From: Gemmatimonadaceae bacterium | Lineage (GTDB): Bacteria > Gemmatimonadota > Gemmatimonadetes > Gemmatimonadales > Gemmatimonadaceae | Reading direction: 5' to 3' | Length of the DNA: 64,000 bases | NCBI GenBank assembly: GCA_051859245.1 | Contig: JBHYGA010000005.1 | Location: 288,001-352,000 of the forward strand | Part shown: positions 1 to 8,146 of the stretch, piece after piece | Numbering within the stretch: the first letter of the stretch is position 1 | Layout of the letters: each line of letters starts with the position of its first letter | The notes under the pieces: model-generated | Told to the model about the DNA's origin: nothing | The model's database searches: none | The model's input: the letters and a program-made list of their open reading frames with translations, nothing else | Program-made: the position numbers and the translations under genes

Positions 1-152
1 ACACCAACGATTACAGCTCGCGAAGTGCCTTTGTTGCTCGCTGTCGTCGGGGTGCCGAGACCACGAGTCCCCTTTTGTGCTTCGGCGTTCGACATGGCCA
101 CGGCCAGGCCGAGTGAACACAAAGTAACGGTTTCAAACAATCTGCTTCGCAT
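1..152 (-). CDS. 5' part of a secreted, probable caspase-family (peptidase C14) protein, truncated by the window edge
   Basis: Not in the ORF track. Manual translation from ATG 152 gives MRSRLFETVTLCSLGLAVAMSNAEA-QKGTRGLGTPTTASNKGTSRAVIVGV: a signal peptide with AEA cleavage site, then RAVIVG resembling caspase strand beta1. It lies directly downstream of the complete caspase gene. Confidence 0.65.
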   Translation of the reverse strand, partial: MRSRLFETVTLCSLGLAVAMSNAEAQKGTRGLGTPTTASNKGTSRAVIVG

Positions 153-188
153 CAGGGCTCTCTTCTTCTGCTGTGCAAGCTATGTGAT

Positions 189-215
189 CGCAACGTGCGA
201 CCGCCGCACGTTGCG
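189..215. repeat. Perfect 11-bp intergenic hairpin CGCAACGTGCG-N5-CGCACGTTGCG
   Basis: Lies between the two caspase genes. No U-tract follows on the minus strand, so it is more likely an mRNA stabilising/processing stem than a terminator. Confidence 0.6.
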
Positions 216-224
216 TACAACAAA

Positions 225-2318
225 CTATTTCCGCTTCGGCACAGTATCGAGAATATCAATGCGGTGCGATAGCGTAGTCCAACCGACAATAGGCTTGGGA
301 TTTGAACGCCACTTGCCGCTATCATTTGGGCCTTTGTCGTTAGGACCGCGCGCGCCGTCGCAGGCGCCGAACGACTCGACGAGCGGCTGGAAGCTGAACT
401 GATCAGAGTTCACAACCATCTTCAGCATTTCACTGCCGACCGGTTCCAGCATTGGAATCGACTCACCGACAAGTATCCATTTGTTCATCTCGATCGGAGA
501 ATGTGGAATACCTGCCGGAGGCCACAGCACAGCTGGATCGGAGGTGTAGCCGCCGATCGCGATGGTCATGTACAACGACGAGATTTCGGCTTGCTGCAGC
601 TGTGCGTCTGCCCGAGCGTACACATCGTAACTTTTGCCCAGGAGAACTGAGTCGGGTATTCCCGCAGGGCGCAGACCACGCGGTGCCCCTGCTCCCGCAG
701 GCACTAAACGTATGTCCAACGTGAGACCTGTTGGCGGTGTTGGATTCTCGATGCTATTGAGCGACGTGATCGAAAGCGCGCGAATCAGCGGGCGGCACAG
801 CGCGTTGCCACGATAGCCCACGATAGAATCCACTCGCACTGCCTCGTCTGGCTGCGGGGCCAGGGCGACGCCGTTTACAAAGACCCGCGCAACGCCGAGA
901 CTCTGAGCAACGATGGCGTCTGCAGACGCGGAATCCACGATCACAAAGCGGCTCGAGTCTCGGCGTACTTCCGTCGCTAACGCCATGGCGCTCTTGTCGA
1001 AGTACACTTTCAATCGATCAACGCGATTCGCGCCGAGCGGAACACGCGACAGGACGGCGCGTGCACTGACCGGCAGCGTCGGTTTGGTGAACGAACTTCC
1101 GGCGGCGCCGAGCACGCTGCCTTGCTCATCGACGTACACGGCGAAAGCTCGTTCGGCAACCACAGAGTCAACGCGTACTCGCGCAATGGGAGCCGAGGAA
1201 AACTGCACCTCGCCAGAGCGATACACGTCGTAGTTCGCGGTCTTTCGCACACCGTGAATAGCGCCGGCGTCGAGGACCAGCCGACCACCCACTTCTCGCG
1301 CCGTGACGAACGGCTGTGCTGCCACGCCTTCGTTGGATTTGAAAATCAGAGCCGTCTGATCACCTTCGAGCTGCGGCACCTGCGGCAGCATTGCGCCGCG
1401 CACGTTCGATCGCAAACGCTGAATGAGCTCGTCGTACCGCAGTCCACGTGTTCCCGCGGCACCGTCAAGGGCGCGCGTCAGATGATACGTCATCGCGCCA
1501 ATCCACACACGCGTTCCGTCTTCATCATACGGAAGCTCCTGCGCCGTTTGGTCACTGCGCGCCGCGGTGATCAACGTGTGTCCACGCGCTTCGGTGAAGT
1601 CCGCGAGGCCGCCCGTATCTGGCAGCGCGATCGTGTCTGGTTTGGGGCCCTTGTCCCGCCCGACGGCATCACCATCTCCACGCGTCACGGTGCCAGAATA
1701 GCACGCATCAATAATGATCGTGACGTTCTCGGTGCCGAGCGCTTTCAGATACGCTCGAATGTCATCATCAAGCACCAGCTGCGACGGATTGTGCGCGTCC
1801 TCCGCATCAAACGGTACAAGTCCCTCGTCACGTCCGTCCGGCTCATCTTTGTCCACACCATCGGGCGCGTGCGATCCGTGACCAGAAAAGTAGATCACCA
1901 CCGCGTCATCTTTGGTCAGCGCGCGCTCAGCCAACCACTTGAATCCAGCCGCGATCCCGGCCTTGGTCGCCGAGGAGCCGAGCAATACGCGCGTGTCTTC
2001 GGTGGCGCCAAAGCCCCAGCGATTCAGGCTGACCTGCAGGCGTTTTACATCGTTCTCCGGGCCCTGCAAATCGGACAGCGGCTTTGTCCCCGCTCCAAAA
2101 TGCTGGTAGTCCGCAATGCCGATCAGCAGCGAAATCTTGCGAGGAGCACGCGTAACCTTCGTTCCGACGACATCCGCCGCGTGGAGACGCATCTCGGCGC
2201 TCGAGGCGCTGGCGAGAGCAACTGGGAGGGGACGCGACCACCCCAGGGAGATGGAAGCGCTTGCCAAGATGGTGGCGACGGAAGCCGTGCGGACAACCTG
2301 TTTGCGCGATGGGCGCAT
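225..2318 (-). CDS. Secreted caspase/metacaspase-family protease (C14) with C-terminal extension domains
   Basis: SLLIGIADY, LQGPENDV, catalytic His in YFSGHGS, catalytic Cys in IIDACYSG, AARSDQTAQE, QVPQLEG. N-terminal hydrophobic signal. LDAGAIHGV segment and DUF4384-like tail. Confidence 0.92.
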   Translation of the reverse strand: MRPSRKQVVRTASVATILASASISLGWSRPLPVALASASSAEMRLHAADVVGTKVTRAPRKISLLIGIADYQHFGAGTKPLSDLQGPENDVKRLQVSLNRWGFGATEDTRVLLGSSATKAGIAAGFKWLAERALTKDDAVVIYFSGHGSHAPDGVDKDEPDGRDEGLVPFDAEDAHNPSQLVLDDDIRAYLKALGTENVTIIIDACYSGTVTRGDGDAVGRDKGPKPDTIALPDTGGLADFTEARGHTLITAARSDQTAQELPYDEDGTRVWIGAMTYHLTRALDGAAGTRGLRYDELIQRLRSNVRGAMLPQVPQLEGDQTALIFKSNEGVAAQPFVTAREVGGRLVLDAGAIHGVRKTANYDVYRSGEVQFSSAPIARVRVDSVVAERAFAVYVDEQGSVLGAAGSSFTKPTLPVSARAVLSRVPLGANRVDRLKVYFDKSAMALATEVRRDSSRFVIVDSASADAIVAQSLGVARVFVNGVALAPQPDEAVRVDSIVGYRGNALCRPLIRALSITSLNSIENPTPPTGLTLDIRLVPAGAGAPRGLRPAGIPDSVLLGKSYDVYARADAQLQQAEISSLYMTIAIGGYTSDPAVLWPPAGIPHSPIEMNKWILVGESIPMLEPVGSEMLKMVVNSDQFSFQPLVESFGACDGARGPNDKGPNDSGKWRSNPKPIVGWTTLSHRIDILDTVPKRK

Positions 2319-2533
2319 TGGTGAGCCTCAAGAGGTGACAAGGTGCAGCGGTAGGCGACCCTCGCGGAAGGGCCAGAGCGCTCCCTCGGCGGGACGAACG
2401 GTGCTCAACAGCACCGACCGCCCTTCGGATCCCACCAGCTGATATCGGTTCGTCCCGTACTTGTCATTGTCCTTCACCGGCAGCAGAATAGGCGATCCCA
2501 AACGCCCAGGCGCTCGGTCGACGCGAGTGCTCG

Positions 2534-3214
2534 ATGGCATTTTCTCCCGGCACCGGCATCTCCTGCATGGATGAACGCTCGTTGAGCGAATTGCTCGTTA
2601 CTCTGCGCGATGGCTACGAGCACGAGCGCGACGTTGCATGGGCGGCTTGCTACAGTCAGTTTCGCGATTTGGTGTGGACCCGGGTGTTTTATGTTATCCG
2701 TACCATTCCGTGGCTCCCGGAGCCGCGCGAGGTCGTGGAAGAAATCACAAGCGATGTCTTCGTCGGGTTGCCGACGGCGGTGCGCGCGTATCGTGACAAT
2801 GGGAAAGGGGAGCAGTGGCTCAAGCAGGTGGCCGTGCGGACAGCGTTGCGGGCGCGGGAGCGTATTACAGGTGATTGGAAAAGACGCGATCCTTCTGCGT
2901 TGTCGGCCTCGCTCGATCGGCCTGGCCGCATCTACTCTTCGTTCGACCATCATGCGAATGACATCGTTGACGCGCTGGATGCGATCAAACGCGACGAGCT
3001 CCTGGAGCTCGAACGTCGGATCGACGTGATGCGAAGCAGTGCCGATCCGCGGCAGCAGCGGTGGGCAACATTTCTCGATTTGTATCGGGAAGGCTTCGGC
3101 TTTGCAGAGATCGGCCAGCGCATGGGGTTAACCGAGGGAACAGCTCGTAACTGGCTCGTGGAAATCAGGCGGCAGCTGGCAACACCGCCCGCCGAGGTGC
3201 GTCTGCATGGCTGA
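2534..3214 (+). CDS. ECF-type RNA polymerase sigma factor (start may be ATG 2567)
   Basis: Region 2-like EEITSDVF...WLKQVAVR and region 4 HTH GFAEIGQRMGLTEGTARNWL. Overlaps the next gene by 8 nt. Confidence 0.85.
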   Translation: MAFSPGTGISCMDERSLSELLVTLRDGYEHERDVAWAACYSQFRDLVWTRVFYVIRTIPWLPEPREVVEEITSDVFVGLPTAVRAYRDNGKGEQWLKQVAVRTALRARERITGDWKRRDPSALSASLDRPGRIYSSFDHHANDIVDALDAIKRDELLELERRIDVMRSSADPRQQRWATFLDLYREGFGFAEIGQRMGLTEGTARNWLVEIRRQLATPPAEVRLHG

Positions 3215-3953
3215 GCGTCACAGCAGCACGTCGGATCCCGACGATGACCCGTTGCGTCCGCTTCATGCGCCGGATGACGAGGACACGCAGCGTGTAGAAG
3301 CGATGCTCAGCTTGTCGAGTCGCGCGCCCGTTTCACTCGATGCCCGCGTCGCTTCTCGGCGTGAAGCCGGAGACCACGTACTGCTTCCGGTGCCGGAAAC
3401 TGAGCCCACGTCCACGCGCGAACATCGCTCTCCGGCGCGGCGATTCATTCTGCCCGCCGGCATCGCGGCCGCGGCTGTGCTCTCGTACTTCCTGTTCCCC
3501 CAGACGGAGAAGAGTTCGGCCGGTGATCAGCGATTGGCACAGAGCGATTCGAGTGTGCCCGCGAGCGCTTCCGACTCGGTCCACGAACCGGCGTCTCACC
3601 GCGACTCGTCGTCATCCCGCGCGGACCGACTGCCGAGCACCACGCCCGAACGCGGCGATGTTGCGCTGGGTTACCGTGGCGCGGGAACGGCGATCTTCAC
3701 GGCACGAATGCGCGACTTTCGCGAGACGACGGTGGATTCGGTAGCCGACGCCACACTGCGCGACACGACGTACAACATCATCATCTCGCATCCGACGGGT
3801 AACGCCGAACTCGCCGCGCTGGCCAAACGGATTGGGCAGGCGCTGACAGGTCGTGGTGTGAAGTTGTCAGCCGTGCACATTGACGAGGGCGGAGCCGCCG
3901 CTTCCATCGGCGCAGTAACCATTGAGGTTCGATCGGCAGATCGGATCCCCTGA
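3207..3953 (+). CDS. Putative anti-sigma factor: single TM, low-complexity linker, degenerate OmpA-like C-terminal domain
   Basis: Coupled to the sigma gene. TM segment FILPAGIAAAAVLSYFLF, Ser-rich linker, LGYRGAG, and C-terminal AKRIGQALTGRGV...G...VTIEV pattern. Confidence 0.7.
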   Translation: MAERHSSTSDPDDDPLRPLHAPDDEDTQRVEAMLSLSSRAPVSLDARVASRREAGDHVLLPVPETEPTSTREHRSPARRFILPAGIAAAAVLSYFLFPQTEKSSAGDQRLAQSDSSVPASASDSVHEPASHRDSSSSRADRLPSTTPERGDVALGYRGAGTAIFTARMRDFRETTVDSVADATLRDTTYNIIISHPTGNAELAALAKRIGQALTGRGVKLSAVHIDEGGAAASIGAVTIEVRSADRIP

Positions 3954-3997
3954 CCGATCCACGCGCCGCGCACCTTCTCCACGAAAGTTGACGCTGA

Positions 3998-5431
3998 CTA
4001 TCGACCGGGAATCCGGTCCGCAAACGGTGCCCAATCGAACACCGAGAGCGCGAAGTACAACTTCGGTTTTCCATACCCGTCAACAATGCGCACCTGCGAC
4101 GCATCGGCCACAACGTCACCAACGCGCGCGCCCACGAGCGATTGCTGCCGCATCCACATTGCGCCAGCGCTGACCTTCAGAAAACCGAGCGACACCGCAG
4201 TACCAATGCCGGCTCCGGTCACATCACCTGCGGCAACAACAACCTCAGGTAGCCACACCGCAAGGCCACTGCCGTCGCGGCGATCGAGGCCCCTCCAGGT
4301 GAAGCCCAGTGTGCCGCCGAGTCCAAAGCGACGGTCCGTCCGTCCGCTTTCATAAACGCGTGCTCCGCCATCCACATCCTCGGTCGCGTACGTCGGAAAC
4401 CGTCCGCCCGGTGCAGCGATGCCAGCAATCGCCACCGCCGGTCGAATGAACGGCTGGGGCTGCACAATGACCGTGTACTCGGCCACCTCACGACTTGCAA
4501 TGCGAGCCAGTTCGGCCTCGGTGCGCGGCTCTACGCGGATCGTGACGGACCGTCCGCTCGTGCGGCTCCCTTTCGCAACACCTGCGCTCCATTTCGAGCA
4601 GGAGTTCGCAACAATGCCAACGAGTCGTTCCGCACGATAGGCGCTGGCCAGCAGCGATTCAAAGTCTGCCAAGGCAGACTGCGCACGCACATCGAGCACG
4701 CGCACCGAATCGCGCAGCGCTTGCCATCGCGCGTCTTCGTACGATTGCCCGAGTGTGGCGACTCGCATGTTCTCCGTGGCACCACTCAGGGCAACCAGAG
4801 ACGAGAGCAACGACTCCGCCGTCGGCAGACGCACCGGCTCTTGTGCTCCGCATGACTGCCCCACACTGAGCCGGCGACGCAGCGGTTCCGCTGCCACTTC
4901 CGGTGCAACGTTGCGTCGCATCTGTTCAAGCGCGAGCAGTGTGGTTGTGATCGTTGGCTGCAACCCGCGCTCACCAAACACCGCTTCGTCGATTTGCATC
5001 AGGCTTCGCTCCGCCGTGCCCAGCGCGAGCGCGAGTGCCAGGCGCGCGTCAGCGACATTCTGTGCGGGCTCGATGAAGCCTGCGCCACGCGAACCCGAAA
5101 GTGCGGACCGTAGCTCGGGCACATACGGCGTGAGTCGGCTCGCGAAACCCGACAGCGCCTGCGCCTCCGGCAGTGGGACCGACGCGCTGGTCCGACTGAA
5201 GTTGTACAGCGCCGTGTTGGTGTTCACCACGTCGATCTCCACCGGTACATTATGCGGCAATCGGACCACCGCGTGACTTCCGAGCGCACTGGTGTCCGCC
5301 CGTACGCCGCGCTGTACAATCAGTCGCAGTGCTCCGGTCCCGTGATCGATTTCAACGCGCGCGCGCTGCGCGCGTGCATCAGTGGCGACGAGAGCAATCA
5401 GGACGAGGAGTATGACGGATCGCAAGCGCAT
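3998..5431 (-). CDS. Secreted/outer-membrane hypothetical protein, paralog A
   Basis: Signal peptide MRLRSVILLVLIALVATDARA-Q, beta-rich N-domain, helical middle, amphipathic beta-strand C-terminus (KLYFALSVFDW). Confidence 0.75.
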   Translation of the reverse strand: MRLRSVILLVLIALVATDARAQRARVEIDHGTGALRLIVQRGVRADTSALGSHAVVRLPHNVPVEIDVVNTNTALYNFSRTSASVPLPEAQALSGFASRLTPYVPELRSALSGSRGAGFIEPAQNVADARLALALALGTAERSLMQIDEAVFGERGLQPTITTTLLALEQMRRNVAPEVAAEPLRRRLSVGQSCGAQEPVRLPTAESLLSSLVALSGATENMRVATLGQSYEDARWQALRDSVRVLDVRAQSALADFESLLASAYRAERLVGIVANSCSKWSAGVAKGSRTSGRSVTIRVEPRTEAELARIASREVAEYTVIVQPQPFIRPAVAIAGIAAPGGRFPTYATEDVDGGARVYESGRTDRRFGLGGTLGFTWRGLDRRDGSGLAVWLPEVVVAAGDVTGAGIGTAVSLGFLKVSAGAMWMRQQSLVGARVGDVVADASQVRIVDGYGKPKLYFALSVFDWAPFADRIPGR

Positions 5432-5635
5432 GATGCTGGTTGGTTGGTGGGAACAAGGAGCCAGGCACAGAATGCCGGTGACGGTCATTCCGTGTCATTG
5501 CGCGCATCGCGTCAAACGGTGACGTTCCAGAGGTTTAGCGGCATTCAAAGTACAACGTGGTCAGACGCGAGTCCCGCAGCACCGAAGGGTCGCTTTGGGA
5601 TGCCAGACGAAGACACACACTATCACCGACACCAG

Positions 5636-7114
5636 ATGTCGCTTTCCCGCAAGCTTCTCACGGCGATGTTTCTCGCGACGGCGCTGCCAACACTGGCCCC
5701 CGCGCAGCCAACCACGGCTACCCGCGCGGCGGCAGTCGACACGTCGCGCGCTCGCACGCGACCCGCCCGCGTGGTGTCGTCCCGAGATCCGTGGACGGTT
5801 GTCTATGATCACGTTACAGAAACGATGAAAGTGAGCGACCATCGAGGTCGCATCCAGTCATCTTTTGCTGGCGCATCGTTGATTGATGGTCCGGTGGTCC
5901 GCATTCCACCCGACCGTCCGGTGGAAGTACGCATCACCAATGCGAACCCCATGTTGTACCGGTACGATGTTACAGGTCCGGTGGTACAGGAGCGTCGAGC
6001 GCGAAGCTGTCGTTCGGTGCTCGGGACATTTGCGCAAGCGGGCCTTCAGTTCAGCGCCGCGAACATTGCTGGCGTGCAAACCAAGTGGACCACCGACACG
6101 CTGATGCGCAGGGTGTTCTCGGCGTCTGACCTCGCACGGCTTGGTGGGACCGCCGTGCGCGGTGAACCGCTCAGCGACGCTGATCGTGCGCGTACGATTA
6201 GCCTCGTGCAAGAGCGTGTGGAGTCGTACGAATCACGGGCCGAAGCAATCGGTGATTTTGCCTCCACCATCGATGACTCGCTGGCACGAATCGCTGAACT
6301 CTCCGATGCGACGCCCTCTGGTACGATGCTCGACGGCCTCGCGGGTACGATTCGCAAATTCCTGCCCAGTGCAAACCGCTCTGTTGATGTTCCGCTGTCA
6401 CTTCGCGCACTCGAACAAGAGGCGCAGCAACCGGCTACGGTGCTGATGCAGCTTGCTGCGACCGGCGACAGTGATGTACGACCGCTTCGCATTCGTTTCG
6501 ATAGCGCGTTAACGCAGATCGCTGCAAGCTACCGAAAGCTGCAAGCGCAGCTGTATCAGATCGAACAATATCAACTTGGCGTTGATCAGCGTTGGACGCT
6601 TGACCCGAGCGCCGACTACCGCGCGGTACGCATTCGCATGGAGGCGACGTCAGGCTTTGCCGAGATTCCGCGCTTTAAAGCGGGAACAGTGGAGGCCTTG
6701 ATCAACCCGATCAGTCGAGTGGCGTGTAGTCTGGCTCCCGGCTTGACGATCGCGAACGCGCCACGTGCGTTTGCCCTCCGGAACGACACCATCGTGAGTG
6801 CCAATAAATCAGATCAGCGTGCGGCACCGGCCCTGCAGTTGCACCTCGACATCGTGGATTTTCCATTGCCGGTCGGCGTGCTCGCCGGAGTGGGACTGGG
6901 CGTGAATCAGCGACCGGATTGGTATCTCGGTGGGAGCTTTCGACTGACTGACATTGTGCGCCTGAATGCCGGTACGCTCTGGCAACGGGAAGAACAACTT
7001 GGCAGTGGTCGCGAGCTCGGTTCCATAGTGCCACCGGCGCAGCGCCCCGCATTTGATGCGAGGACGCAGAAGTTTGCGCCGGCGTTTTTCTGGGGAATCA
7101 GTTTGGTGCCGTGA
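5636..7114 (+). CDS. Secreted/outer-membrane hypothetical protein, paralog B
   Basis: Signal peptide MSLSRKLLTAMFLATALPTLAPA-Q. VVRIPPDRPVEVRITNANPMLYRY matches paralog A VVRLPHNVPVEIDVVNTNTALYNF. Ends in a beta-strand, AFFWGISLVP. Confidence 0.75.
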   Translation: MSLSRKLLTAMFLATALPTLAPAQPTTATRAAAVDTSRARTRPARVVSSRDPWTVVYDHVTETMKVSDHRGRIQSSFAGASLIDGPVVRIPPDRPVEVRITNANPMLYRYDVTGPVVQERRARSCRSVLGTFAQAGLQFSAANIAGVQTKWTTDTLMRRVFSASDLARLGGTAVRGEPLSDADRARTISLVQERVESYESRAEAIGDFASTIDDSLARIAELSDATPSGTMLDGLAGTIRKFLPSANRSVDVPLSLRALEQEAQQPATVLMQLAATGDSDVRPLRIRFDSALTQIAASYRKLQAQLYQIEQYQLGVDQRWTLDPSADYRAVRIRMEATSGFAEIPRFKAGTVEALINPISRVACSLAPGLTIANAPRAFALRNDTIVSANKSDQRAAPALQLHLDIVDFPLPVGVLAGVGLGVNQRPDWYLGGSFRLTDIVRLNAGTLWQREEQLGSGRELGSIVPPAQRPAFDARTQKFAPAFFWGISLVP

Positions 7115-7151
7115 CTTTCGAACTGACGTGAGCCTCTTGTGCACCGAAGTA

Positions 7152-7901
7152 TCAGTTTGTTGTCAGCCGATATCGATTGTAGTACACGTCGTCCCAGTTC
7201 TTGATGACCAGCCTGTGCGTGCTCGTGGTCCTCGGATACCAGTCCAATACGCAGAAGTCAGTATCGTCAACATCGCGTGCAACGACTCGGCCGTTCTGGT
7301 CATACACCCAGCAGTCAAGGTCTGTATCTCCGTCGCCATTCACGCGAATTGATGCCAGTACACCACCCTCAAACGCAATGCGAAACGTGTCCGTGCTGTT
7401 GGCGTCGACATCAAAGACACCTGATTTCGGTCCGTTGACGGCACCGCGTGATCCCGATGCGTTACGCTGCTGCAGCTGCGCCACCACCAAGGTGAGATTG
7501 GCATTGTCACGACCAGCTGCCTGAGCGGATGCCAGGAGTTGGCCGACGTCGAGAGAAGCCTGAGCTCCAGCCTTCTGAGGCCTCGGACCCGGCGCGCCCG
7601 CCTTGTCCGATTCAGGAACAAGGGAAAGCGGCCGCGTAGGGTTGTCGAGGAGGAGCTGCGCGGCGGCAGCGAGTGCCAATCCAGAGTTAGTGCGCTGACC
7701 ATAGTCCGCGAGCTGCGCGGCGAGCGAGACTGCTTCCACAGCGTTCTGCGTCTGGGGTGTACTCGCAGGCCTCGGACGAGCAGTGGCGCTTTCCTTTGAC
7801 GAAGGTATGCCTCCGGAAGTGGTGGCGCAGCCAGCTGCAGCGGCCGATAGCAGTACCAACGTTGAGTTGCGAGCAAAGCGGGTAGAAAACGAGTGCATCA
7901 T
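7152..7901 (-). CDS. Lipoprotein with helical N-domain and PPC-like beta-sandwich C-domain
   Basis: Lipobox AAAG-C, GSRGAVNGPK linker, GDGDTDLDCWVYDQNG motif typical of pre-peptidase C-terminal (PPC)-like domains. Confidence 0.75.
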   Translation of the reverse strand: MMHSFSTRFARNSTLVLLSAAAAGCATTSGGIPSSKESATARPRPASTPQTQNAVEAVSLAAQLADYGQRTNSGLALAAAAQLLLDNPTRPLSLVPESDKAGAPGPRPQKAGAQASLDVGQLLASAQAAGRDNANLTLVVAQLQQRNASGSRGAVNGPKSGVFDVDANSTDTFRIAFEGGVLASIRVNGDGDTDLDCWVYDQNGRVVARDVDDTDFCVLDWYPRTTSTHRLVIKNWDDVYYNRYRLTTN

Positions 7902-8146
7902 GCGCCTCAGAATGTGTGTGGAGCGTCAAAACATGCGCGCTGTGAACTGGTTACTTATGGCGGCTCGCAGTCGCGATGTCATTGGCCTCGGCTTGGGGCA
8001 CCACCGCGTTGACAACAGCTGCGGCATCGCGGTCCGTTCCGGCCGCGAATGAGCTTCGCAGCAAGCAGTACCATTTGCACTTTCGACGGCGTCGCACGCG
8101 CGCAGGAAACCTTTCCGGCGCGTGTCGATCGAGCTGCAGACTTTCG

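Noticed and set aside
1122..2324. 400-aa plus-strand ORF (similarly 20380-21684 +, 39316-40482 -, 56179-57204 -)
   Set aside because: Antisense shadows of well-supported genes, expected at high GC, with no recognisable motifs.
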